From an uncultured Verrucomicrobiota bacterium (GTDB taxonomy: Bacteria > Verrucomicrobiota > Verrucomicrobiia > Limisphaerales > AAA164-E04): a DNA stretch of 64,000 nucleotides. Both the position numbers and the translations under genes were made by a program. Where the stretch lies: assembly GCA_902560705.1 (NCBI GenBank), contig CACEMW010000003.1:6125-70124 (forward strand), read 5' to 3'. This document shows positions 19,122-27,898 of this stretch, in pieces. The first letter of the stretch is position 1. Every line of letters begins with the position of its first letter. The notes beneath the pieces were generated by a model. The model ran no database searches. It was not told the origin of the DNA and saw only the letters and a program-made list of their open reading frames with translations.

Positions 19122-20234
19122 ATGACAGATCCCAGATATAGAACCCTTGCGGAGTTACTGGTCGGATACTCCACCCAGGTGAAAAAAGGTGAAAAGGTGC
19201 TTTTGGACATGATTGATGTCCCGGACGCTTTTACCGTGGCTCTGGCTCGGTCTGTCCGTGATGCAGGTGCCATCCCGCTGATTGAGACCCGACACACCCG
19301 AGTCACTCGCGAGTTGCTGTGTGGCATGACCAAGGAGCAAGCCACCATCATGAGGGATATCGAAATGGCACGAATGAAGAAGGTCCAGAGTTACATCGCC
19401 ATTCGGGGAGCGGCCAACACCAGTGAAAACTCGGATGTGCCCGGTGATTCGATGTCCCTTTATTCCAAGGTGATGCGCCCACTGCTCAATTATCGGGTGA
19501 ACAAAACCAGATGGTGCGTTCTCAGGTGGCCCACACCGAGCATGGCTCAGGCTGCCAACATGAGCACGGAGGCTTTTGAGGATTTCTACTTTGATGTCTG
19601 CACACTCAACTACCGGAAAATCGGCAAAGCCATGGAGACATTGGAAAAACTCATGGCACGCACGGACAAGGTGGTGCTCAAGGGCCCTGGAACGGATCTG
19701 AGTTTCAGCATCAAGGGGGTTGGAGCCAAGGCATGCAAGGGAGATCGCAACATCCCTGATGGAGAGGTTTTCTCCTGTCCACTGAAGTATTCGGTCAATG
19801 GAGTCATCCAATACAATACTCCCAGCGTCTATGCTGGTACACGGTTTGAAAATGTGCGACTTGTCCTCAAGAATGGTAAAATTGTGGAAGCCACTGCCAA
19901 CCAGCCCGAACGCATCAATCAGATTTTTGACACAGATCCCGGCGCGCGCTACATCGGCGAATTCAGTCTGGGGCTCAACCCCAGAATTCTCAACCCGATG
20001 AATGACATTCTCTTTGATGAAAAGATTGCAGGTTCACTTCACTTCACTCCGGGGCAGGCCTATGAGGATTGCGGCAATGGCAACAAATCCGCCATCCACT
20101 GGGACATGGTTTTGATCCAGCGGCCCGAATGGGGCGGTGGAGAGGTCTGGTTTGATGGAAAACTCATCCGCAAGGATGGCCTTTTTGTTCCCAAGAGCCT
20201 TCAGAAACTCAACCCGGATCAGCTCGGATCCTGA
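19122..20234 (+). CDS. Aminopeptidase, M29 (AmpS/PepS) family
   Basis: Length and motifs GEFSLGLNP, IAGSLHFTPG and HWDMVL. The ORF-track start at 19110 is a TTG, and the ATG at 19122 is preferred. Confidence 0.75.
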   Translation: MTDPRYRTLAELLVGYSTQVKKGEKVLLDMIDVPDAFTVALARSVRDAGAIPLIETRHTRVTRELLCGMTKEQATIMRDIEMARMKKVQSYIAIRGAANTSENSDVPGDSMSLYSKVMRPLLNYRVNKTRWCVLRWPTPSMAQAANMSTEAFEDFYFDVCTLNYRKIGKAMETLEKLMARTDKVVLKGPGTDLSFSIKGVGAKACKGDRNIPDGEVFSCPLKYSVNGVIQYNTPSVYAGTRFENVRLVLKNGKIVEATANQPERINQIFDTDPGARYIGEFSLGLNPRILNPMNDILFDEKIAGSLHFTPGQAYEDCGNGNKSAIHWDMVLIQRPEWGGGEVWFDGKLIRKDGLFVPKSLQKLNPDQLGS

Positions 20235-20236
20235 TC

Positions 20237-20842
20237 ATGGCCCAGCATTTGGTTACATTGGATCTTGAGGGCGTCCTGGTCCCCGAAGTTTGGATCGCGT
20301 TTGCCGAGAAAACGGGGATCGAAGCCCTCAAGAAAACCACACGAGACATCCCGGATTATGATGAGCTGATGACCGGCCGCCTCGAGTTGTTGCAAGAAAA
20401 CGGGCTGAGCTTAAGCATGATTCAGAAGGTGATCGCGACCTTAGCCCCTCTTCCAGGGGCGGTCGAATTTCTGAACAAGCTCAGAGAGAAGGTTCAAGTG
20501 ATCATTCTTTCTGATACCTTTGAAGAGTTTGCCCAGCCCCTCATGCGTCAATTGGGCTGGCCCACCATTTTTTGCCATCGCCTTGAAGTTTCATCCGACC
20601 ACATTGTCCATTATCGGCTTCGACAGGCAGACCAGAAACAGTGCTCGGTGAAGGCCTTTCAGTCCCTTCAATACAAAGTGATTGCTGCTGGAGATTCCTA
20701 CAATGACATTTCCATGCTTTCTAGTGCGGATCACGGAATTCTCTTTCATGCTCCGGACAATATCCGCCAAGAGTTTCCTCAGTTTCCTGCGTTGGATACC
20801 TACGCCGCCCTGATGGACCAAATCACCGAGCACCTTTCCTAA
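20237..20842 (+). CDS. thrH: HAD-family phosphoserine phosphatase / homoserine phosphotransferase, ThrH type
   Basis: Near-colinear resemblance to P. aeruginosa ThrH as I recall it: LDLEGVLVPE(V/I)WIAFAEKTGI, TTRDIPDYD, ILSDTF.EF.QPLMRQLG.PT, VIAAGDSYND, ILFHAP.N...EFPQFPA. Confidence 0.8.
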   Translation: MAQHLVTLDLEGVLVPEVWIAFAEKTGIEALKKTTRDIPDYDELMTGRLELLQENGLSLSMIQKVIATLAPLPGAVEFLNKLREKVQVIILSDTFEEFAQPLMRQLGWPTIFCHRLEVSSDHIVHYRLRQADQKQCSVKAFQSLQYKVIAAGDSYNDISMLSSADHGILFHAPDNIRQEFPQFPALDTYAALMDQITEHLS

Positions 20843-20867
20843 ACTTACCTTCTCTGATTGAACAACC

Positions 20868-22718
20868 ATGGAATCCGCCAAAGCACCTGTTAATCGCAAG
20901 ACACTGGATGAACGTCATCAGATGAGTGACCTTGAGAGGCTGCGTCACTCCTGTGCCCACATCATGGCCACTGCCGTCACACGTCTCTGGCCTGAGGCGA
21001 AGCTGGACATTGGTCCTCCTACCGATGAAGGTTACTACTACGACTTTGATCTCAAGGACCACCGTTTCAGCCCCGAAGATTTCGAGGCCATCGAGGCTGA
21101 GATGAAGAAAGTGGTTAAGGAGAACCAGGTCTTTGAACGCCAGACCAAAACCCGAGAGGAGGCCTTGGCTTATTTCAAGGAGCGGGAACAAACCTTCAAG
21201 GTCGAACGCCTGAAGGATATTCCCGAGGGTGAAGAAATCACCTTCTATCAGAATGGCACCTTCGTGGACCTCTGTGCGGGACCTCACGTGATGCGAACAG
21301 GCAATGTCAAGGCGTTCAAATTGCTTCGAGTGGCTGCGACCTACTACAGGGGGAATGAAAAGAACCCCCAGCTTCAGCGTATCTACGGAACAGCCTTTCC
21401 TAACAAGACACAGCTTAATGAGTGGTTGCAAGCTCAGGAAGAAGCTCGCAAGCGCGATCATCGCAGGATCGGCAAAGCCATGCAGCTTTTCACCTTCGAT
21501 GATGATGTGGGTCCAGGGCTTCCCTTGTGGATGCCCAAAGGAGCGGTTCTCATTGAGGAACTCGAAAAATTGGCTAAAGAAACCGAATTTGAGGCGGGCT
21601 ATCAGCGAGTCAGGACACCTCATCTGGCAAAGGAATCCATGTATTTGACCAGTGGCCATCTACCCTTTTATGCGGAAAGCATGTTCCCTCCCATGGAGTT
21701 GGCCGAAGATGCCGCAAAGGGTGGGCAGACGCAGGTCAAGGAGCGTTACTACCTCAAGGCCATGAACTGCCCTCATCACCACAAGATTTTCTCCGCTACG
21801 CCCCGCAGCTATCGTGAATTGCCCTTGCGACTAACCGAATACGGCACCTGCTATCGCTACGAGCAATCTGGAGAGCTCATGGGCCTGATGAGGGTGCGAT
21901 CCATGCAGATGAACGATGGGCACATTTATTGCACACCCGATCAATTCGCGGATGAATTCAAGGCGGTCAATGAAATGTACCTCAAATATTTCAAGATCTT
22001 TGGATTCGAGAAATACCAGATGCGATTCAGTACACACGATCCGGAGCGCCTGGGTGACAAGTTTGTGGATGAACCTGCCTTGTGGAAAGAAACCGAGGAT
22101 ATGGTGAGGGAAGTGTTGATTGAATCAGATATTGATTATGTCGAAATCCCCAACGAGGCGGCATTCTATGGGCCCAAGATCGATGTTCAGGTGTATTCGA
22201 TTTCTGGTCGTGAATTCACCATTGCCACCAACCAGGTCGACTTTGCCGTTCCTTCCCGCTTTGGATTGCAATATCGATCGGCCGACAATCAATTTGAAAC
22301 ACCGCTTTGCATCCATCGAGCCCCTCTGGGGACTCATGAGCGCTTCCTTGCTTTTCTGATTGAGCATTATGCGGGCAATTTTCCTCTCTGGTTGGCTCCC
22401 GACCAGGTGCGCATTCTGCCCATTACCGAAGACCAGCTTGAAATGGCCAAGTCTCTGGAAGTTGAATTGCGCAGGCATGGCGTTCGTGCCGAGCTTGAAT
22501 ACAGCCACGACAAGTTGCAGGGCCGTATCCTCAAGGCAGAAGAAGCTAAAGTGCATACCATGTTGATCATCGGCGCCAAGGAGCAGGAAGCCGATGCAGT
22601 GGCCGTCCGCGTTCATGGAAAGGGCAATTGTGGGGTGCATCCGCGTGAAAAAGTGGTCAAGGACCTGCTGGAGAAGATTGCCCTGCGTTCCTCTGAAGAT
22701 GGATCGACCCCTCATTGA
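20868..22718 (+). CDS. thrS: Threonine--tRNA ligase (no N-terminal TGS domain)
   Basis: Editing-site HSCAH at residues 27-31, zinc-site MNCPHHH, class II motif 2 CYRYEQSGELMGLMRVRSMQMNDGH, and an anticodon-binding C-terminus. Confidence 0.95.
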   Translation: MESAKAPVNRKTLDERHQMSDLERLRHSCAHIMATAVTRLWPEAKLDIGPPTDEGYYYDFDLKDHRFSPEDFEAIEAEMKKVVKENQVFERQTKTREEALAYFKEREQTFKVERLKDIPEGEEITFYQNGTFVDLCAGPHVMRTGNVKAFKLLRVAATYYRGNEKNPQLQRIYGTAFPNKTQLNEWLQAQEEARKRDHRRIGKAMQLFTFDDDVGPGLPLWMPKGAVLIEELEKLAKETEFEAGYQRVRTPHLAKESMYLTSGHLPFYAESMFPPMELAEDAAKGGQTQVKERYYLKAMNCPHHHKIFSATPRSYRELPLRLTEYGTCYRYEQSGELMGLMRVRSMQMNDGHIYCTPDQFADEFKAVNEMYLKYFKIFGFEKYQMRFSTHDPERLGDKFVDEPALWKETEDMVREVLIESDIDYVEIPNEAAFYGPKIDVQVYSISGREFTIATNQVDFAVPSRFGLQYRSADNQFETPLCIHRAPLGTHERFLAFLIEHYAGNFPLWLAPDQVRILPITEDQLEMAKSLEVELRRHGVRAELEYSHDKLQGRILKAEEAKVHTMLIIGAKEQEADAVAVRVHGKGNCGVHPREKVVKDLLEKIALRSSEDGSTPH

Positions 22719-22842
22719 TCCTCATCGTCCGCTGGCTGGCTCTTGATGGAATTGCCTCCAACCTTCCTAGGGTTGGTGCTTGAACTCGGGGGGCGCCCAT
22801 TCCATATTTGGATCGCCCCCTCTTGTTCTGACCGCACGATTC

Positions 22843-24015
22843 ATGAAAGCTTTCAAAATGTCATCAACGACGGGCTCGTCGCCGATCTTTCTGGCGATGA
22901 GCATGGGTTTCACCTTGCTCGCATCTGCTGGCGACGGAGCTCTGGAGCCTTTCCTAGGCCCGCCCAAAATCGAGATGCAGCAACTCTTCCAGGGGCAGCG
23001 GTTTCCCAATGTGGCCGTTGCCATCGATGGAACCGTGCTGGCGTCTTGGGGCAATGACGACGTAAAGATTCGTCGCAGCACCGATGGAGGAGCCCAGTGG
23101 TCCGGACCTGCAACCCTCATGGAAGGAGGCTTTCAGGGAGGTGGGCTGACCGTGGACACGGTCAGTGGAGATGTGTTTGCTTTCATCGAGGCGCACCATC
23201 CTCCTGCCCCAATTCACATCTACCGCAGTCAAGATCATGGGCTCACCTGGCAGACCCAGCCCACGAAACTCCTCCCTAACAGCCAAGGGCACGTTCCATC
23301 GATGCACATGAACGACCATGGGATTACGCTTCAGGTGGGACGGCATGCTGGCCGATTGATACGGCCGTCCCGATGGTATGCCAAAGGTAACCGACGTGAA
23401 GAGTGGCCCAATCATTACACCAATGCCATTTTCAGTGATGATCGCGGGGTGACTTGGCAGGCAAGTGAGGCTTTCCCTGAAATGGGGACGGGCGAGGCTT
23501 GTATTGTCGAATTGTCCAATGGGACCCTCTACTACAACTCTCGGGTGCACTGGGATCAAAACGAATACAATACCCGTCGGCGTTCGGCCCTGAGTCGGGA
23601 TGGAGGCGTTCATTGGGAGGATTGGCGCATCGTTCATGCACTTCCTGATGGTCATCAGTATCGTTCCTATGGCTGCATGGGTGGGCTGGTCCGGCTCCCG
23701 GTCGAGGGACGGGATTTGCTGGTGTTCAGTAATTTGGATACTCCCAAGGCAACCCGCGAACGCGTAACCCTCTGGTTGAGTGCTGACGGTGGTCAGAGCT
23801 GGCCCATCAAGCGCTTAGTTTACGATGGTCCCAGTGGCTATTCCTCCTTGAATGCCGGGCGATCCGGCACAGCCAGTGAAGGTTGGATGTATCTTTTCTT
23901 TGAAGGTGGGCCGGGGGGAGGTGGTCAGATGGTTCGAGTAAACCTCACTTGGCTGCTGCAGGGCGTCTCCAACGACGATGGCCAGCTGCCAGACTGGTTG
24001 ACTTCACGGCTATAG
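22843..24015 (+). CDS. BNR/Asp-box glycoside hydrolase, sialidase-like
   Basis: Five Asp-boxes (RSTDGGAQWS, RSQDHGLTWQ, SDDRGVTWQ, SRDGGVHWE, SADGGQSWP). N-terminal signal-like MKAFKMSSTTGSSPIFLAMSMGFTLLASA. The start is taken at 22843. Confidence 0.75.
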   Translation: MKAFKMSSTTGSSPIFLAMSMGFTLLASAGDGALEPFLGPPKIEMQQLFQGQRFPNVAVAIDGTVLASWGNDDVKIRRSTDGGAQWSGPATLMEGGFQGGGLTVDTVSGDVFAFIEAHHPPAPIHIYRSQDHGLTWQTQPTKLLPNSQGHVPSMHMNDHGITLQVGRHAGRLIRPSRWYAKGNRREEWPNHYTNAIFSDDRGVTWQASEAFPEMGTGEACIVELSNGTLYYNSRVHWDQNEYNTRRRSALSRDGGVHWEDWRIVHALPDGHQYRSYGCMGGLVRLPVEGRDLLVFSNLDTPKATRERVTLWLSADGGQSWPIKRLVYDGPSGYSSLNAGRSGTASEGWMYLFFEGGPGGGGQMVRVNLTWLLQGVSNDDGQLPDWLTSRL

Positions 24016-24035
24016 GCTCCACTAGCGATCCTCTT

Positions 24036-25961
24036 CTATCGGGGCGATCCGAAATATCGAGTGATCAGCTCAGTAGCAATTGGCTTGCTGCACTTGGACA
24101 CTCCCAGGGTTGCCATTGTGGATCCCAATACGTCCCAGATGAAGGGTTGGATTCCTAAAAAGGAATACACCTTGAAACCGTCATACATCAGGTAGCCGAT
24201 TACGTAGAGGCTGAGATGGGTGATGCATCCTCCCAGCATCCCTGCGATCATGCCTTTTTGGGTGACCCCTTTCCAGAAAAGAGCCAAAGCCATTGGCATC
24301 AAAAAGCATCCAGCCAAGCCTCCCGTGGCGAAGACGATCAGGTTTTGGAGATAGGTGGGAGGATTGAGAACTGCCATGACCGCAGCAATTCCAATCAGCG
24401 TGGTGGTCGCATAGGTAAGCCATTTGATGGCGCGTTCGGAAGCCTTGGGATTGACGTGATGTTGATAGACATCACGCACCACTCCGGAGGAAACCATCAG
24501 CAGAAAGCTATCCACGCTGCTCATGACCGCGGCAAAAGGAGCAGCCACGATGAGACCTGTAAGCCAAGGCACGCCGGCGGCAAAGGAAAGCGTGCGGGCC
24601 ATTTCTGGCATGATGCGGTCTGGGGTAATTTCCATCCCAGGAAGCATGACCTTTGCACAGCAGAAAATGATCACCAGGGGAAAGTAAATGGCTGTGTAAT
24701 AAAGGGAGATGACGATGATGGATCGTTTTAGGACTCGGCTATCGGTGAAGGCCATTTGCCGTACCATGTTGCTAGGTTGCCCAGCTCCGCCGAAGGCCCA
24801 GAAAACAAAAAAGCTGAATGCCATGCCGATGGACAGATAACCCAATTCACTGTTCTTACTCGGGCCGGGCGCACTGACATAAACGCCCTTGCTTCCGTCG
24901 CCTCGAGCGTAGCCTGTGGGTTCCCCTTGAATGAGGGTTTTTCCCCAGGTAGAGAGATCCCAGACATCCACTGTAAGATAGGTATCTGAATTGGTTTCAA
25001 TCAAGACTTCCACCGGTTCACTTAGGGTGTCTCCCTGCTGCATCTCCAGTGGCTTAGCCAGTCTTACCAAGTCCCCCGTTTCGGTTTGCAGCCAGACCCC
25101 TTTGGGAATCCTTCCAGCCTCAAGGATGGGTTCCTTCCATTCGACTCGAATGGTGCCGCTTTTTGGAGGTTCGAGTTGAGCCAGTTTTTGAGTGGCTTGG
25201 CTCAGACCTCCTACCTGATAAAGCACGAGGAACAACATGATCACCACGCCGATCACCATCACGATTCCCTGCATGACGTCGGTCCACACCACGGCTCTGA
25301 ATCCCCCGTAGGTCGTGTAGACAATCACCGTGCTGGCAAAGAGCAGGAGGCAGAGCAAGTAGTCGGCGTCGGTCTGTTGCGTCAGAAAAAAGTTTCCCTT
25401 CCATCCGTCCACCCAAAGAACTCCTTGTTGAAAGAGGGGCATGTCCTGAAGCAAGGTGGCGAGAATCTGGCTGCCCGCCTTGAATTGCGCCAGAAGATAA
25501 AAAAACATGAAGAAGGTGAGCAACCCGGTGGCCACAAGCCCAACCGAAGAGCTGCCAAAACGTTCCCTAAGGATATCCGGCACGGTGACCGCCTTGGCAA
25601 TGCGTGAAACCTGGTTCAGACGCTTTGCCAGCAAGCCGGTGGTGACCAAGGGCACCACCATGTAGCTAGCGATCCAAAGCGCAAGGATCCAGCCATGGCT
25701 ATAGATCAGGGCGGGAAATCCCATGAAGCTGCCTCCCGAGGCATTGGTGGCGGCAAAGGTCAGCGCAAAAGCCCACATGCCAAGCCCTCGGCTACCTAGA
25801 AAGTATTCGCTCATGAACTCGCTTTTGCCCTTTCGTAATCTTCCTGCAAGCCATGCGAGGGCGAACACAAGGAGCATGTAGACAGCGAAGCTGATCAATG
25901 CGGACTGATGCTCCGTCTTGGGTTGGCTGGCTTCTTGAATCCAGGGTAAAAGGGTTTCCAT
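24036..25961 (-). CDS. Sodium:solute symporter family transporter (PanF-like) with a large extra loop domain
   Basis: SSS-type TM core (GGFRAVVWTDVMQG, GGAGQPSNMVRQMAF). A small YhdT-like partner lies immediately upstream. About 110 hydrophilic residues sit between TM helices (residues about 264-372). Confidence 0.85.
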   Translation of the reverse strand: METLLPWIQEASQPKTEHQSALISFAVYMLLVFALAWLAGRLRKGKSEFMSEYFLGSRGLGMWAFALTFAATNASGGSFMGFPALIYSHGWILALWIASYMVVPLVTTGLLAKRLNQVSRIAKAVTVPDILRERFGSSSVGLVATGLLTFFMFFYLLAQFKAGSQILATLLQDMPLFQQGVLWVDGWKGNFFLTQQTDADYLLCLLLFASTVIVYTTYGGFRAVVWTDVMQGIVMVIGVVIMLFLVLYQVGGLSQATQKLAQLEPPKSGTIRVEWKEPILEAGRIPKGVWLQTETGDLVRLAKPLEMQQGDTLSEPVEVLIETNSDTYLTVDVWDLSTWGKTLIQGEPTGYARGDGSKGVYVSAPGPSKNSELGYLSIGMAFSFFVFWAFGGAGQPSNMVRQMAFTDSRVLKRSIIVISLYYTAIYFPLVIIFCCAKVMLPGMEITPDRIMPEMARTLSFAAGVPWLTGLIVAAPFAAVMSSVDSFLLMVSSGVVRDVYQHHVNPKASERAIKWLTYATTTLIGIAAVMAVLNPPTYLQNLIVFATGGLAGCFLMPMALALFWKGVTQKGMIAGMLGGCITHLSLYVIGYLMYDGFKVYSFLGIQPFIWDVLGSTMATLGVSKCSKPIATELITRYFGSPR

Positions 25962-25967
25962 AGGCGT

Positions 25968-26273
25968 CTATTTCTCCGGTTCCCCTTTGGGTGATGTCGC
26001 GTTGGTTCCCACCGACTCATGGGCATCGAGGGGATCCTCTGCCATACCGAAACAAACAAAAAGAACGATGGCGACGTTGGATCCCAGCCATGGGACTGCT
26101 ATTCCCCAGAAAACCCAGGATGGGAAGCCCAGAACCATCTTGAGCGTTTCTTCGGGAGCTTGTTGATAGCCTAGTAAATAGCAGGGGATCATAACCCACA
26201 GGGCAAAACAGGCCCAGAGGAGGAGGATGCCCCAGGTTTCCTTCTTGGTGTTTTCATAGACGGAGTGATTCAT
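25968..26273 (-). CDS. Small two-TM protein, YhdT/DUF997-like
   Basis: MNHSVYENTKKETWGILLLWACFALWVMIPCYLLGY... Its position directly upstream of an SSS transporter mirrors yhdT-panF. The start at 26273 makes an ATGA overlap with the upstream gene. Confidence 0.55.
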   Translation of the reverse strand: MNHSVYENTKKETWGILLLWACFALWVMIPCYLLGYQQAPEETLKMVLGFPSWVFWGIAVPWLGSNVAIVLFVCFGMAEDPLDAHESVGTNATSPKGEPEK

Positions 26274-26776
26274 TCTGCTGTCTGGGCTTGAAGCTTGATG
26301 ATGTTGAAGGATCCCGGGTACTTCCAAACGTCTCCCTGACTCGCTTTGGCGGCGCCAATCAAAGGGTACACAAGAGAAAGCCCTGCCAGTAAAATGAGCA
26401 AGGGCCAACCGATCAGAATAAAGCTCAATAAAAAGAAGATCACCCCATAGATCAGCTCACTTAAAACCCAGTTCAGCACGATGGTTCCATGAGCATCAAT
26501 TTTAGGTGAAAGATCTTTTTTCAAGAACCAGATCGCCACGGGGATGATCCATCCCAGGACTGGAAGCAAGTATCCACAAAGTTGTGAGAGATGGATGAAC
26601 ATCCCCCAGATGTTGGCATCCGCCTTGACTGGCTCTAGAAGGTGATCGTAGTTTGCTTTGGCCTGGTTTTGTCCTTCAAAGAGAGATTGCTTGGCCCGCT
26701 CGTATTCGCTCTGGGTGATCAGCCCTTCCCGTCGCAGGCGTCCCAGCTTTTCCATTTCATCGGCTAGACTGTTCAT
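26270..26776 (-). CDS. SHOCT domain + DUF4870-like membrane protein
   Basis: N-terminal MEKLGRLRREGLITQSEYERAKQSLF (SHOCT). Then IHLSQLCGYLLPVLGWIIPVAIWFLKKDLSPKIDAHGTIVLNW (DUF4870-type). Confidence 0.6.
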   Translation of the reverse strand: MNSLADEMEKLGRLRREGLITQSEYERAKQSLFEGQNQAKANYDHLLEPVKADANIWGMFIHLSQLCGYLLPVLGWIIPVAIWFLKKDLSPKIDAHGTIVLNWVLSELIYGVIFFLLSFILIGWPLLILLAGLSLVYPLIGAAKASQGDVWKYPGSFNIIKLQAQTAE

Positions 26777-27885
26777 GGCTTGCTGACAATTCCCTCAGGA
26801 GACCAGGGCGAGCGATTCACTCCAAAGGGCTTGCACGTCCGGTCCCATTCCTGCACGAGGATATCTTCCGACATCATGGAATCCATGCATTCAAGCAACT
26901 CACCCCAAAGCAGGTGTCGTTCAGGTGGCATGGTGCTCTTGTCATGCTCAAGGTATTGGGTGATGGCGGTGGTCAGTCTTGAATAGCGGTGATCGTTGGG
27001 TTTGGGTGGCTGATAGATTTGAGCTGAATAGAGCCTGCCGTCCTCGGACTGTGCTGCAAAGGTTTCATCCTGGAGGATGCCATCCACGGTGAGAAGAACT
27101 GACTGCAGCCCATCCACATGCTGGATGATCCATGCCCTGGTGTCGCGCGCAAGTTCAGGAACCATGCCAAGGCCCACGATGTCCTGCGTGCGCCCGTCAA
27201 CGGTGGCATCGCCTTGTTTGCTGTGGGTTCTCGAAACAGCTGCCTTGAACAGGTCCCATGAAAAAAGCCCTTCCCGGGCTCCCTTCCAAACGGCATCACC
27301 CCGCAGGAGGCGTATGTGCTGAATGCCGGACTCGCCTCCCTGACGATGGCTGGTCAAGCCCAACAGTGCGTCTACGCCATGGGTTTCGGCTTCAGGGTAA
27401 GCACCCCGAACCAGAAGCATGATTTCCGAGAGCGGGCATTTCCAGGGGATATCCACTTCTGGAAGTCGCCATGTGTAGGGCATGGGCGTGCCCGCTTGAA
27501 ACGAGGGGCTCATCGATGCCTCGCCCCGGCACCAGCTCAGCGGAGGAATGCCGATAACCCATCCACGAGCGGGGCTGTTGGATAAGCACTCATGCCAGTC
27601 CTCGGCGAGACGGGTTTTCCAGTTCTCAGGTCTTCCAGGTGCGATGATCCAGGCATCGATTCCCTGAGTTGCACCCTTGGCATCCTTGCTCAATTGAAGC
27701 TTGGAACTTGCCTGAAGACGCTTTTTCATCGCCGGGTTGAGGGCCTGTTGAGGAACGCGAATGCGATCCCATGTCGTCGATGCGACCGCTCCTTTTTCAG
27801 GCCATCCGAAGAGAAGACGATCTAGGACCTGCTGGGCAGGGGATCCCTCTTCGAATGTGTCCAGGAAAAATGCCAGTGTTTTCAT
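26773..27885 (-). CDS. Hypothetical protein, signal-less paralog of the upstream Tat-signal protein
   Basis: Colinear similarity to 27899-29224, for example DIPWKCPLSEIMLLVRGAYPEAETHGVDALLGLTSHRQGGESGIQHIRLLRGDAVW versus DMPWNSDLKESVCVCYGGVDSYDIHGLETAQCMSERRHGGEAGVRSVHAMRGRKIW. No signal peptide. Confidence 0.6.
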   Translation of the reverse strand: MKTLAFFLDTFEEGSPAQQVLDRLLFGWPEKGAVASTTWDRIRVPQQALNPAMKKRLQASSKLQLSKDAKGATQGIDAWIIAPGRPENWKTRLAEDWHECLSNSPARGWVIGIPPLSWCRGEASMSPSFQAGTPMPYTWRLPEVDIPWKCPLSEIMLLVRGAYPEAETHGVDALLGLTSHRQGGESGIQHIRLLRGDAVWKGAREGLFSWDLFKAAVSRTHSKQGDATVDGRTQDIVGLGMVPELARDTRAWIIQHVDGLQSVLLTVDGILQDETFAAQSEDGRLYSAQIYQPPKPNDHRYSRLTTAITQYLEHDKSTMPPERHLLWGELLECMDSMMSEDILVQEWDRTCKPFGVNRSPWSPEGIVSKP

Positions 27886-27898
27886 GACCTAGTCGGAT

